In this document: positions 1-12,615 of the stretch, one piece after another
How positions within the stretch are numbered: position 1 is the stretch's first letter
Layout of the letters: each line of letters opens with the position of its first letter
NCBI GenBank assembly: GCA_964016885.1
Contig: OZ024753.1
Span: 27,094,001-27,158,000 of the forward strand
Direction: 5' to 3'
DNA: 64,000 bases
Origin: Eledone cirrhosa
Lineage: Eukaryota
Made by a program: the position numbers and the translations under genes
The notes under the pieces: model-generated
What the model saw: only the letters and a program-made list of their open reading frames with translations
Database searches by the model: none
Told to the model about the DNA's origin: nothing

Positions 1-59
1 CCCTGCTGTGGGTACGCAGCTATTGTCTTCTGATCAGCCACTACACCAATACTCAGTAA

Positions 60-715
60 ACACACACTTTCTCTCTCTCTCCAACAATTGTTGATAACAT
101 CCTAAGCTAGACTACTCATAAAAATAACAAAGTTGACATGTACCACAGGATGTGTTCCTGGATTCTCAGACCTTTCCAGCCGAGAGATATCCAAACCATT
201 ATCCAAACAAAGTATTGAGAAAATTGAAGCACCTCAAAGGTCAATCACATAAAATAAAAATAAAATAAAAATATACAGCATGACAGGCCTTGACTATTGG
301 GGTCGACTAGAAAAGCTCAAACTCTACTCTCTCCAACGCCGCTATGAGCGTTACATTATCAGCATGATGTGGAAAATATTCCATAAGTATTGCCTAAATG
401 GTGTTGGCATCATCTTTAAAATACACCTAAAGCTTGGGCCCCGTGCTTATCAGCCCACAAACTCGTATTTCATAACAACGTTGCGGCACAATTATTTCAC
501 GTCAACTGGTTCCGCTCTCTTTAACATTACACCAAAACAAATGAAAACAGAAACAGAATCCCCAAAATTACAGATAACCTCCTACACCCGAATATGTCTA
601 CGAAAACAATAACTCTCAACTTGAGTGGCCATTATGTCCAAATCATGATTTGAAAAACTTCGCCAGGTGGTGCTAATAAGTTAGACATAGCCTGGGCCAA
701 TACTGACCGAAACCT
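60..715 (+). mobile_element. decayed LINE 3' fragment (CR1/L2-group RT C-terminus)
   Basis: KIEAPQRSIT...LDYWGRLEKLKLYSLQRRYERY motif typical of the post-RT region; disrupted. Confidence 0.7.
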
Positions 716-724
716 ATGAAGGTT

Positions 725-755
<31 letters not shown>

Positions 756-911
756 GAGAGAGTAATAGATATGAGTGCATGCGACCAAATCTATACTTGC
801 ACACAAACAAGCACTCGCAAAAGTATATACATAAACACACACCTACGTACGCAAGCACACATACATACACATATGTATGTTTGTCTGTATATATATATGC
901 ACACACACATA

Positions 912-953
<42 letters not shown>

Positions 954-1085
954 CACACTTATATATATATATATATATATATACTCATATATATATACAC
1001 ACACACATATATATACATATATATATATACATATACACTCAGACACACGCACCACCACCACTACCAACGCTACCACCACCATCAT
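725..1085. repeat. compound (CA)n/(TA)n/(ACC)n microsatellite field
   Basis: Seen directly; similar arrays occur throughout the window. Confidence 0.95.
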
Positions 1086-1301
1086 CAAGCCACATTAAGA
1101 ACTCCTCTCCCCCTACTATGTTGCTATGTCTGTCGACCAGGTGTTGATAGCTTAACCCCAGATGATTACTACCATAGATCCAACAAACCCGAATACTTCC
1201 GCTTATTGAATGCAAAAGGTTCATGAGTTCAGTCGCGCACCGAAGATCAATACTTACCATTTTGAGTGTGTATGTGTCTAGGTGTGAGTGTATGTGTGTA
1301 G

Positions 1302-1344
<43 letters not shown>

Positions 1345-1610
1345 AAGGGTATTGGGTATTATACTTTCTTTGCCACGGGCAGAAAATGACGAACCTCGGC
1401 CTGGTCATGTTTATATATATATGTATCTCTCTCTCTCTATATATATATATATATACATATTTAATATAGAAATGGCTTCTACAGGACTAGAACTGTTTCA
1501 TTGGAAGGAAATCATCTGGAAAGCTTTGTAGAAGCCATTTTTATATTAAATATTTATACTCTGTTATATATTGAGTATCTTACTTACTGTGGTTACCCCC
1601 GATTGAACCC

Positions 1611-1663
<53 letters not shown>

Positions 1664-3749
1664 CAAGGAAACAACAAACAGAGGTACAACAAATCTTATT
1701 AGTTTCACGTTTTATATGGAAAAGGGGAAAGAATGTTCGACGTGTCAGGCTTTAGCCCTTCTTCAGGAGTACATATATATATATATACATATAAAAATGA
1801 GAAAACTCATCTCTAGAACAGCCGTTAAAATAGCTAAATGCTGTCTTTGCTGATAGGACAGAGACCAGCGGACAGTGATCAATAGAGAGACAATCCGCAA
1901 AATGAGTGACAGGCAGATGAAATGTGCATGCGCGACCTTACTTTTCGGGGTCCAATTATGGCCACCACTGTAATGTGGATGAACTGTTTCAAAACTGGCC
2001 TCTCATCGGGCGCCAGAACAAAATTATGAAAAACACCCCTCGCCCACCTAAAAAAAAAAAAGTAACAAAACAAAAAAAAACACTGCGTTAGCCCACACAA
2101 TTTGGTTTTAATACAGTGAAGAGCACCTTTTCGAAAACACTATGGACATATACGTGATAGACCACTCCCCCAAGAACATACCTACGCCAATAAACGTCTC
2201 CGACTCCAAAATGCTACTAGATAAAGCGGAAGATATAAGTACGAAGATTGAGATGGAAGGTTGTCTTTTTTATGGAGATTTGGTCACTATCACCACCGAA
2301 AGATTCAACTTCAAGTTGAATAAACATATAAATATTTAAACATATATACATACGTATCCTATATTACATGTATGTGTTTGTGTAGAGAAATGTATCATAT
2401 TCTTTTGCAGTAGACTGTCGAACAACATGCTTCGCGGCATAGAGTTACGTTCTGAGTTCAAATCCCGCCGAGGTTAGCTTTGTCTTTCATCATTACCGGA
2501 TCGATAAAATAAAGTACCCGTAATGCACTGGGGTCGATTTAATCGAATTTCTCCTCTCCCCCAAATTGCTGGCCTTCTTGTAGTAGAAATCATTATTTTA
2601 TAGGAAACTGTTTAATAAATGTTACTTGAGCCCAATCTACGATATAGTGCGGATCATGTAGTATATACTATAAAAAAGGGGGGGGGGGGGCTAAATTAAA
2701 AATATAATAATGATTTCTACTATTGACACAAGGCCAACAATTTTTGTGGGAGGGGAAAGTCTATTAAATTCACCCCAGGGAATTATTGGTGCTTTATATT
2801 ATCGATCCCGTGAGGTTGAAAGGCAAAGCTAAACTCGGCGGGATTTGAACTCAGAACGTAAAGAGACATAACTATGCCACAAAGCATGGTGTCCGACGCT
2901 TACCGATTCTAGTACTATAGTATAAAGCACTTAACACAAGACCGCTGGAAATACGGGGACTATAGCAGATAGAACTTTTGTTATAAGGCATTTTGTTACC
3001 ATAGACACTGTCTATGGCTTTCAAATAACTTTGAAGATAATTTCGAATTCGGAGGGATTTAGTAATATAACTAACTTTCACATTATTAATCTGTTCTTTG
3101 AAACATAACTTAACAAAAGTTTTTATTATATAAAATTACGATTGGAGGCTGCTATTTCTAGCAGCGGGGAGGTGTGTGGGTATGTAACTCCGTAAAGACT
3201 CCTTTTAATTTTGTTAAGATGTAACATCATCATCGTACACACACACACATACTCTCTCTCTCTCTCACACACACACACACTCTCTCTCACACTCATTCAC
3301 ATACTCTCAATATCAGCAGTGTGCATGGGTCCCGAGATAATGTTTGGCCGTCGGAGGAAAAAAAACAACCTTCAAAGATATCCGTTAGAGTGATGAAAAA
3401 AAAACCCACACCTCCATTCAATAGTTTATAGGAATTGTAATCGATAAGAGGATAAGAGATAATCTATATACGTCAAAAGGAAGAAATTTACACTGGGTTT
3501 GGCGAAACTGAAATCAAAGATTGTTTTCAGCTATGTCTGAAAGTTGGTTGATTTAAGATGGTATTGAAGTCTTTTTAGCGTTAGACGAATTATATCTTAG
3601 CGAGATTGGGGTGATGAGCGAATATGTCTGTGGTAAAATGGCTGCTTAAATCTGATTGTGTGATATGTCTGGTTCCTCACATCACTTTACTATTTCTACA
3701 TTAACAAGTATGAAATTTTGCAGTACACAGTGGTTACATACATGACATT

Positions 3750-4000
3750 TTGACTGGCACTTCGTCGGTTACGACGACGAGTGTTCCAGTTGATCTGATC
3801 AACGGAACAGCCTGCTCGGGAAATTAACGTTCAAGTGACTGAGCATTCCACAGTCACACATACCCGTAACGTAGTTCTCTGGGAGATTCAGCGCGACACC
3901 GAACGTGACAAGGTTGGCCCTTCGAATTACAGGTACAATTCATTTTTTCCAGCTGAGTGAACTGGAGTAACGTGAAATAAAGTGTCTTGCTTAAGGACAG
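3750..4000 (-). mobile_element. SINE body/tail of a third family
   Basis: Shares the CCTTAAGCAAGACACTTTATTTCAC...CCAGTTCACTCAGCTG domain; a diverged opposite-strand copy of the tail lies at about 45860-46010. Confidence 0.6.
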
Positions 4001-4837
4001 AACATACATATATACTTACATACATATATTTATACTTGGCTCGATTTCGAGTAATGCCATCGCTTGATACTTAAGCATGAGCATCATGGACGTTGATTTT
4101 TAGTCCTGCTAGGGACTTGCTTATGGCCAACAATGTCATGCATCGCAAAAGAATGTCATATCAAGCGATGTCTGTGCTTGAAGATTTTTTAAGTGAGGAA
4201 AGGCAATCCCACTCTCTGAACATCGAAGGCATTTGCCCAAAAAGTTAAACTGGTCTACATCATTGAATGCAAACGAAGTCACAGGTTTTTATATCAGAGT
4301 GACCTTCTCCCAAAGAGATGTCTTAATGAAAACTAAGAGTCCCTCACTACACACACACAACTTTATTGGATGGCCGTTGACTCTCTTGAGTTCCTGCGCT
4401 CTCTGACTGGTTTTGTCTTTCATGCCACTGGGTGTCCAACCCCCCCCCCCCTCGCCAAGCAAGGGGTAAAGAATCGTTGACTGGTTCTTTATTTTATCGA
4501 TCCCAGAAGGACGAAAGGCAAAGTTGACCTCAGATAGTAAAGAGCCAGAAAAAATACTGCAATTGTATTCTATCCGACGCTCTACCAATTCTTCCAATCC
4601 TCTATCCTCGATAATTCAATATTAAGTATTAATGGTTTATGATTTAGGCACAAGGCCAACAATTTTGGGGAAAGTCGATTAAATTGACCCCAGTGCATTA
4701 CTGGTACTTTATTTTATCGACCCCGTAAGGATGAAAGGCAAATTTAACCTCGGCAGGATTTGAACTTAGAATGTAAACTATGCCGCAAAGCATGTTGTCT
4801 GACGCTCTACCGATTACTGCCAATCTATATTAATAAT

Positions 4838-5354
4838 ATTGCCATAGAGATCCTTATTTGTTGGGTGTTCCCTCCAAGACACGTTTAAAGCAGCACGGAG
4901 CATAGCTTTTTCTCCAGTTTCGAAGTTAGCGTCCAAGTGATAGAGCCATAAACAAGCACAGATTTCACAGCAGCTCTGAAGAAATTCCTTTTCAGTTTGG
5001 CCGGCAGGTTTGATTTCCATATCTTTTCCATTGCATTCAATGCTCCCCAGGCTTTTCCCAGTCTGATGTTAACATCATGTTCTGTGGAGGCGATATAGCT
5101 ACCCAGGTTAATACGTGGACAGATACTCAGATTTGCTGGCCACTGTTGGCGCAGCAAGGAAGAGATAGCAGGTGATGTGTTGTTATGGAGTCCATCTCAT
5201 GGAGCAAGAAACACTGGTCGTCCCAAGAAGACATGTCAAGCAACTTGAGGACGATGCTGGATGCACTGCCGAAGAACTGGCAAACGCTATGAGAGACAGA
5301 TGGATGGAGGAAACATGTCGTAGAAAGCCGAGCAAGTCCGACTTGGTGATGATG
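4838..5354 (+). mobile_element. RTE-clade LINE 3' fragment with 5' inversion and 11-bp TSD
   Basis: 4838-5108 antisense (LGSYI...VLVYGS..W...LYGN); 5109-5354 sense (LRFAGHCWR...GRP...(GAT)n); ATATTAATAAT at 4827-4837 and 5355-5365. Confidence 0.8.
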
Positions 5355-7924
5355 ATATTAATAATTGTTGTTTATATTATCCAGCTCAGCCACGATGCAG
5401 CAGATCTATGTTCAAAGATCTTTTATTCAAGCATACTTTATTTAAAAGTAAAAGTTTACAATTCATTAACGTTTCCATTAAAAAAAAAGACGAAAAAGCG
5501 AAAGAATATTACAGTGGCGGTGTCCTAGCATGGCCTCAGCCCCTCGGCTGGAAAGGAAAGGGCGGAGGAGGGGCTACAAACCCAAGTACAGGAAGATAGC
5601 TAATTACCAGAACTTCACTGATCGCTTCCTTTTCGTGACGGTCGCCATCGAGATCTGTAGTCTACTGGGATCCGAACTGCTACGCACTCTATCGAGTAAC
5701 GTTACTCGAAAGACCCTTCGGAGGAACCCCATTTCGGCGCTTGTATTCTTTCGGTCATTACCCAAAATTCATGATCATAGGCAATGCCGAATTTAATGGG
5801 GAGTAAAGGGGGCCATTGCCTCGGGATCCCTGCAGTGTATGTGTGTGGAGTGGGCACCAGCGAAGGCCGTAGCAATTTATTTGTGCACTCAGCTGGGCTT
5901 TTTAGTTTTAGGATGGGTAGAATTTTTTACTTTTAATACCTGTATGTATAACTTTTCAATTACAATCTAACTTTGATATGTAAAATTGGGGTGGGTGGGT
6001 TGCTGTGCATTATTTTTTGTGAATGAGGGGTCCCCAAATTGAAGTGCCCCGGGCTCATCAAGGTCTAAATCCAATCCTGACCATAGGTAAGGGTTGGCAC
6101 GAATACCGAATTGAAGATAGCAAGTTTCGTTTTTACACCTACCTTTCTTTTTCTGATTACCGAATGCTGAAACTGACGCATTACTGCACCAGCCCCAACA
6201 ATTATTGCACTTAATTCAGCCTCTTACCTTCCATCACTCGTGAACACAGCCCCGAGATACTTGAACTCCACCTGCTTCAGTGGAACTCCATTCACATGTA
6301 AAATGCACTGCACAGGCTTCCTTCAGAGGACGAGCGACTGTTTTCACAGCAACTCGTTCTCTAGCAGAACAGCTCTGCCGAGTATCATTCGTTAGTTCGT
6401 TGTTGTTATTTAGCCTCAGGTCAGCCCCGATTGAGCAAATTTAAGATCAATACACTGCTGCTATGACCGTCTCGCTATTTCTCAGAATTACATAATCCCA
6501 CCTGTGATTTGAAGGTGATTTACTTACTTTTTTTTAGCAAATCGAAGTACTACGTAAGGTCCCCTCGTTGGCTTCTGGTAATTAGTGCTATTGTTAAGCC
6601 ACAAGTCTCCTCTGAACAAACCATGGCCATGACACCTTATTTTCAGACAATATACCCAGGACTACGCTATCCACTGTGTTCATCGAATTTTTACAGATGG
6701 TATGAGTGATGTTTGAAAGAGACCACGTAGAGGTTACTTTGAATACTCGCATAGTAGTAATTATTTGATGTGATGTGTTGGCTGCGAAGGCATCAGATAA
6801 ACGAACGACTGTCATAATCATTAAAATAAACTTTTTCTAACTTTATTTTGCCTTACCGATTACACTTTCAAGGGAGACAACTCTAAAAGCACGATAAACC
6901 GAGCTAACGAAAGCTCCATCTACAGCGAATAAATTCACTTGAATAACTTTTTAAAACAATAATATATTGGATGAAAGGAGTCTGAGAAAGAAATGAAACG
7001 ATAACAGCTAAACGTCTTTGATTAAAGATTTGAACCAATATAAACCTAAAAAAATACAATCTATATTTTGTAAATATTTTTTCCACTTCGCACAAGATGA
7101 ACTTTTTTAGGTTTTAGTATATAGGATTTAATCTTCGAAAATTTTAAGTAATACTGTTTGGCACTATGTGGATTCTCTAATAAATGTATTTCTCTTTTGA
7201 GAGAGAGAGAAAGAGAGAGCCAGTATTATAATCAGGTTACTGTTTACCAATTGTTCTGGTTATTTGCAAAGTTTAAATAGGGACCTCAATAAAATACTAA
7301 TGCTCCTACATATGGGAAGGTGCCGGAGCTACACATACAAATATCCTAGACTGCATCTCAAACTAATGTCATCTAACTATTGGTAAAGAGTGAAACATCA
7401 GGCCCCCACAGATGTGCTGTCTGCTTACACTATTCTGACAGATCGTTTGCCTGGTCTCACAATAAAACGTTGATTAATCAACTGTACTCCCTACTTCTTA
7501 ACCCTTTAGCATTTATAATAACTCTATATTACTATTAAATTTTCACAGTAAAGGCTTTACCGTAACATAATATTGTTGATTTTGAGAACATCTGTATGAG
7601 TGGCCAGTTATGGCTGGTTTAAGCAGAAAGAGGTGGGAGAATTCTGGCCAGATCTGGGCTGTGACTATGCGACGAATCATTTGGTCAGACACTGCCGATT
7701 TTGCCAATCTATCGCCCTGATTTCTGATTTAGGCACAAGGTGGGATTTGAACTAAGAACATAGAAAGTTGTAAATACCATAAAGTATTTTGTCCAAAATT
7801 CTACCAATAATATCAATAACAAATATAAATATGACAATAAAATATAGATATTTGAGGTGATGTCCCAACATGTCCAAAATACAAGGATTTTAAAACTAGT
7901 GAAAAAATAAAAATAGAATTTATA

Positions 7925-8588
7925 TATTTTACATATTTCTTTTTATTTCACAAGACAAACATTACAAAAAGATGACTAACAAAATGAGATTTTAGAATCA
8001 AATGTACAAAAAAAAAAAAAAAATCTCAATTCAATTATTTTTGTTGAGAGAAATTTAAATATATAAAAAAAAAAACTGCATTTGTCGTATCTTTATTTTA
8101 ATGGTTGAAAAAAAAAAAAAATTAAAACAATATATTTGGTTTTCTTAATCCCTGTTTCCTTTCGTTTGGAAGAAATTCTATTTGAAAGGATTATTGGTAC
8201 CAAGTAACAATTAGTAACTATTGGTATGACAATGTCGACACCAATCAGTACTAGAGGCATTCTATATCAAAACGTTGGTGGTAGTAATGAGTACAACAGA
8301 TTTGGTACCAATATAGTTACTAGTTATTGGTAGAAATCAGTATGAGAAGTACCAGGTAATTTATTATCTTAGAACTGATATGCAATACCTAATTACTGTA
8401 TTAACCAGTATCAAATAATGCACATAGGAAATAATGGCATTTAAAAAAAAAATATTCCTCTTTAATGAAATACGGCTACCTGTACAACTGAAGTTACTAG
8501 AATATTGGTCAAGTGGGAGACAGGAGTATGACAGGATGTGTCTATATATACATGAGTGTGAATATATATATATAGATGTGTGAGTAAC

Positions 8589-8636
<48 letters not shown>

Positions 8637-9596
8637 AAATTCAGAACTCCAACGGCTGGGTTCCGGCCGTTTCATCAGCTACATTCGAACTGTTCGATTC
8701 TAGCTGTTGAAATGGCCAGAGCTCAGCCGTCGGTGTCCTGAATTTTTTCATATTACCCACTCTACTACCCCAAGTATTGAGAACTCTGGTGAGTAATGGT
8801 CTAACTGGTTTTTACTACCTCCAATCTGATATATATATAAAAATTAAAGGTCGACCTTTAATTTTTATCTTTAATTTTTAATAAATGCTCGGATTTATTC
8901 CTTGAAATCTTTGAGCTTCTACAGGTGGTATGGCGCATGTTTGTGATTTTCTCAGACATAACATCTATAATTTTGATAGTATTATATATATATATGTGTG
9001 TGTGAGAGGGTGTCAATACATAAACTTTTATTAGAGACAGTGTGAGGCAGTAAAAATGGACCACAGTTCAAATTAATATGTTAAAAATAAAAAAAAAACT
9101 GTAACATTAAAATAAAACCCGAATAAACAAAGATGAAGCTGCAGCTTTGGTTTAGTAAGTTATTTCTCATGAAAATGGTCAACACAGTGTGTGGGGGTTT
9201 CAACAGTGTGTGCATGTGTGTGGGGTGGGTCAACAGTGTATGTGTGTGTGTGTGTGTGGGGGGGGGTCAACATAGTGTGTGTGGGAATAGAAGTAGTGTT
9301 ATTTCTAAACTTATCTTAATCTATTATCTTAAGCCTGGAAGCCAAGACTGAGTGGTAGAAGTAATTGAAGTATTATTTAGAGGTGTTTCTGTTCACTTAT
9401 CACAATAAGTCTGGAAGTAATGGTTGACCAATGTTAATAACACAAACAGACAAACAAAATAACAATATAACAATGTAACAGTAAAAAAAACCCCAAAACA
9501 TATATATTCTTTCTCTCTCCAGCTCTTAGTTGCCACAGTGTATGTTTATGGAACAGTCTCTCACAGTGACAACAGTCATCTTTGAAGTAAGAAAAA
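7925..9596 (-). other. predicted terminal 3'-UTR exon of the EFCAB14-like gene
   Basis: Strong acceptor atattttatatttcag| before 9596; minus-strand AATAAA at 8092-8097 and 7942-7947; AU-rich sequence. The 3' end is approximate. Confidence 0.5.
8631..8751. repeat. imperfect palindrome in the predicted 3'UTR
   Basis: ATGAAAAAATTCAGAAC...CATCAGCTA / TAGCTGTTG...CTGAATTTTTTCAT. Confidence 0.8.
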
Positions 9597-10295
9597 CTGA
9601 AATATAAAATATAACATATATATATAACAGAGAGAAATAAAATAAGGTAAAATAATTCCAATATGAAAAGAACTAAACAGCATCATAATCATCGGGTGGA
9701 AGATTGGCAATATCCGTAGAGCGTCAGACACCATACTTTGCAGAGTTATGGCCCTTTACGTTCTGAGTTCAAATCCCAGAGGTTAGCTATGCCTTTCATC
9801 CTCATGGAGGTCGATAAAGTAAAGCACCAGTAATGCACTGGAATAATTGCTGGCCTTGTGCCAAAAGTAGAAACAATTATAATCATCGAGTAAAGCTTCA
9901 CATATAGTGAATTGAAATCCTTCGATCAATTGAACTTATTTAAGCAATTCGTGGAGACTTCTGGTGTCCTTCATCCTAGGACCACCTCCCTACTCACCAT
10001 CATCGACACAGAGTTGGGTAACTGCAGGTGTGAGCCAGGTGAGTTGGAATGGCTCTTCCAGTGGGTCTCCCTCACCATCCTCTGGGATGAGGGATATATC
10101 TCTATTCTGTCTGCATGGGCCCCCATTTGCTCCTAATAGTGAGAGATGGGGAGAGCGGGAGAGACGGCGGCAGTGACAGTGGGAGTTTGGTTCCTTTGTG
10201 TTTGGACCTGGTGTATATGTTTCACGGACATACTCACAAACTTAATGTTCTTATATAAAATTATGTTGGAAGATTTTAATTAACATTAAGTTTAA

Positions 10296-10495
10296 CCCTT
10301 TAGCATTTAAACCGGCCATATCAGGCCAGAATTTTCTTCTTTCTGTTCAAACTGGCCACTCATACTGATTTTAAGGCATTGTTCTCAAAATAAATAACAT
10401 CAAAATCACATAGATTCGATATTATGTGAGATAATTATGTAACATAAAGCCTTTACCACAAAAATACAATAGCATATAATCTAAATGCTAAAGGG
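10296..10495. mobile_element. piggyBac-like MITE (about 200 bp, TTAA target duplication)
   Basis: TTAA|CCCTTTAGCATTTA...TAAATGCTAAAGGG|TTAA. Further copies at about 7503, 10605-10816, 18740-18931, 26000-26207, 29980-30185, 31057-31275, 31336-31537, 32460-32654, 33602-33788, 39751-39965, 42111-42318 and 52962-53140. Confidence 0.85.
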
Positions 10496-11214
10496 TTAAG
10501 ATCTAAAACAAGAAGAAAGGGATGTAACTCTAGTACTGACATATTTTGGTTTTATCAACTGATTAGAATTATCTCTTTGCTGGATTTTTTGTTTTTTTTT
10601 TAAATTTTACATTTACATTACTCTATATTTACTATTGTATTTTCACAGTAAAGGCTTTACTTCACACAATTATCTCAAATGATATTGAATCTATGAGATT
10701 TTGATATTATTTATTTTTAGATATTATTTATTTTATGAGCGGCCAGTTATGGCTGGTTTGATCAGAAAGAGGTCAGAAAATTCTGGCCAGATACGGCCGG
10801 TTTAAATGCTAAAGGGTTAAACAACCCTAACGGATGTTTTTGTTTATTAATTTTCTATGTTACATATGATGAGACCCTACTATATATGTATTTGGCATGT
10901 TATATACTCTGCTGTTGTATTTCCCACCAATCACATTGTTGGCTAGACTACATATTTGTAGTTTTCTATTTTTCCTTGCTTTTTGATTTCAAATGTAAAC
11001 TTTGCCATTTGGCCCACATTTATTATAAGATAAGCGAATGTGTAAAAATGCAACTGAGCATATATATGCATGTATGTGTTTCAGTTTATGTACATGAAGA
11101 TATGCATGTGTGCATATACATGGAGTCGATGAGTGAATGTATATGCAGATAAATTGTGTCAAGAGCTCTATCTATGAAGCTAGAATGTCATCCTGATATA
11201 TCCAGTTGTACGGG

Positions 11215-11303
11215 AAGAAATTAGGAAATTCTTTGTACTTACTCTGAACTATTGGTCAAGAAATTAGGAAATTCTTTGTACTTACTCTGAACTATTGGTC
11301 AAG
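11215..11303. repeat. perfect 43-bp tandem duplication covering the post-stop sequence and splice donor
   Basis: AAGAAATTAGGAAATTCTTTGTACTTACTCTGAACTATTGGTC x2 (11215-11257, 11258-11300). Confidence 0.95.
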
Positions 11304-11484
11304 TTGAAATTGTGGTACTAGAAATGTTTTTCGTCGAGGTCACTGGAGTGGAGGTGGCGACATTTGTGGTGGTAGTAGTAGTAGCAGCTGTGGCTGTCTC
11401 ATTAAGCCGGGAGTCAAAATTATATAACTGCATTTGTAGCTGTAATATCTGATCCTGGAGTTTAATTTCTGTGGAATTCAAATC
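11299..11484 (-). CDS. EFCAB14: EFCAB14-like exon 7 (last coding exon: coiled coil then Thr/Ser-rich tail, TGA stop)
   Basis: tttttgtcttctag| acceptor; DLNSTEIKLQDQILQLQMQLYNFDSRLNETATAATTTTTTNVATSTPVTSTKNISSTTIST*. Donor AGA|GTAAGT lies 13 nt after the stop (exon ends 11286). Confidence 0.78.
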   Translation of the reverse strand, partial: DLNSTEIKLQDQILQLQMQLYNFDSRLNETATAATTTTTTNVATSTPVTSTKNISSTTIST

Positions 11485-11689
11485 CTAGAAGACAAAAATA
11501 AAATAAATAAATGTTTCTCATATAATAATTGTTTCTACTTTAGGCACAAGGCCAACAATTTTGGGGGAAGAAGAAAGTCGATTAAAACAACCCCATTGCC
11601 AGTAAACTCTGTAAATTGTCTGTTGATCAAACGCAAGCAATATCTGGCAGAGAGGACTCTCTAGTCTGGCTGGGCATAAGGCGACCTCT

Positions 11690-11828
11690 CTTGTGCTGGT
11701 GCTACAATAAAATACACCCAGGACACTCTGTAAAGTGAGTGCTGCTGCCACAATAAAATACACACAGGACACTGTAAAGTGAGTGCTGGTACTACAATAA
11801 AATGCACCCAGTACTTTCTGAAAAGTTA
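11690..11828. repeat. about 44-bp unit x3, derived from the SINE/RTE tail module
   Basis: GTGCTGGTGCTACAATAAAATACACCCAGGACACTCTGTAAAGTGA units resemble AAAAAGCACCCAGCACTCACTGTAAATGA. Confidence 0.7.
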
Positions 11829-12056
11829 ATAATAATAAGAATGACAATGAAAATTATTGTATACAGTGCTCAGGTGCACAACAACTCATCAAAGATGCAT
11901 GTATAGTACATAGAATAATGTACAAATAATGTTGGCATGAGATCTTTCTGAATTGTCTAGTCTCAGACTGTGACAAACCATCCAACCTATGTCAGCATGA
12001 AACGCAGGAATAAATATAAAAAAAAAATGAACAAAGGGAAAAAGTAGGTTACTAAC

Positions 12057-12140
12057 TTCTTGAAATTGGGTAGTTAATCTGGTGAAATCATATGTGAAGT
12101 TATGTCCCTTCTCAATTTGAAGCTGTTTGATATCTGATCT
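12057..12140 (-). CDS. EFCAB14: EFCAB14-like exon 6
   Basis: tcattcacag| acceptor; RSDIKQLQIEKGHNFTYDFTRLTTQFQE; donor |GTTAGT; 84 nt, phase 0 to 0. Confidence 0.72.
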
Positions 12141-12214
12141 CTGTGAATGACACAAACATAAGTTATAGTTAAAACAATGTATCTCTGATCGAGACGAAGC
12201 GAGAGTGTATTTGA

Positions 12215-12615
12215 ATACATATAAAAATGAGAAAACTCATTGCTAGAACAGCTGTTAAAACAGCTAAATGCTGTCAAAGACAGCGATGGGAAAAATGTGA
12301 AACCATTTTGCTGGTTTGAGAGCTGATGAGGGTGGAGATGTGCGTGCGCGTAAACTTGTCTTGTACATCGTCTTTCTTTATTTCCTTCTTCCAGTCACTT
12401 CTGTGCACTAGTGCACTTTTTCTTGTCCTCCTCCTCCTCCTCTTTCAATCTTTTCTATATTTAATCTGCCTGTCACCCACTTTATGCATTGTCTCACTGT
12501 TGACCACTGGCTGCTGGTCTCTGTCCTGAGGTATTTTTGCCCATCGCTGTCTTTGACAGCATTTAGCTGTTTTAACGGCTGTTCTAGTGATGAGTTTTCT
12601 CATTTCTATATGTAT
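12215..12615. repeat. foldback element with about 80-bp inverted arms
   Basis: 12215-12296 is the reverse complement of 12534-12615 with few mismatches; a single arm also occurs at about 1785-1845. Confidence 0.8.

Noticed and set aside
673-1755. Many overlapping ORFs rich in YI/HT/CV
   Set aside because: Translations of (TA)n, (CA)n and (GA)n microsatellites; the same applies at 51496-51804 and the first half of 60811-61206.
11690-11828. CRISPR-like repeat array
   Set aside because: Degenerate tandem units without unique spacers, eukaryotic context, derived from a retroposon tail.
12320-12362. CTGATGA...GTAAAC..GTC hammerhead-like motif
   Set aside because: Stem II does not pair and GAAA is absent; the candidate at about 60965-60990 (-) also lacks stems.
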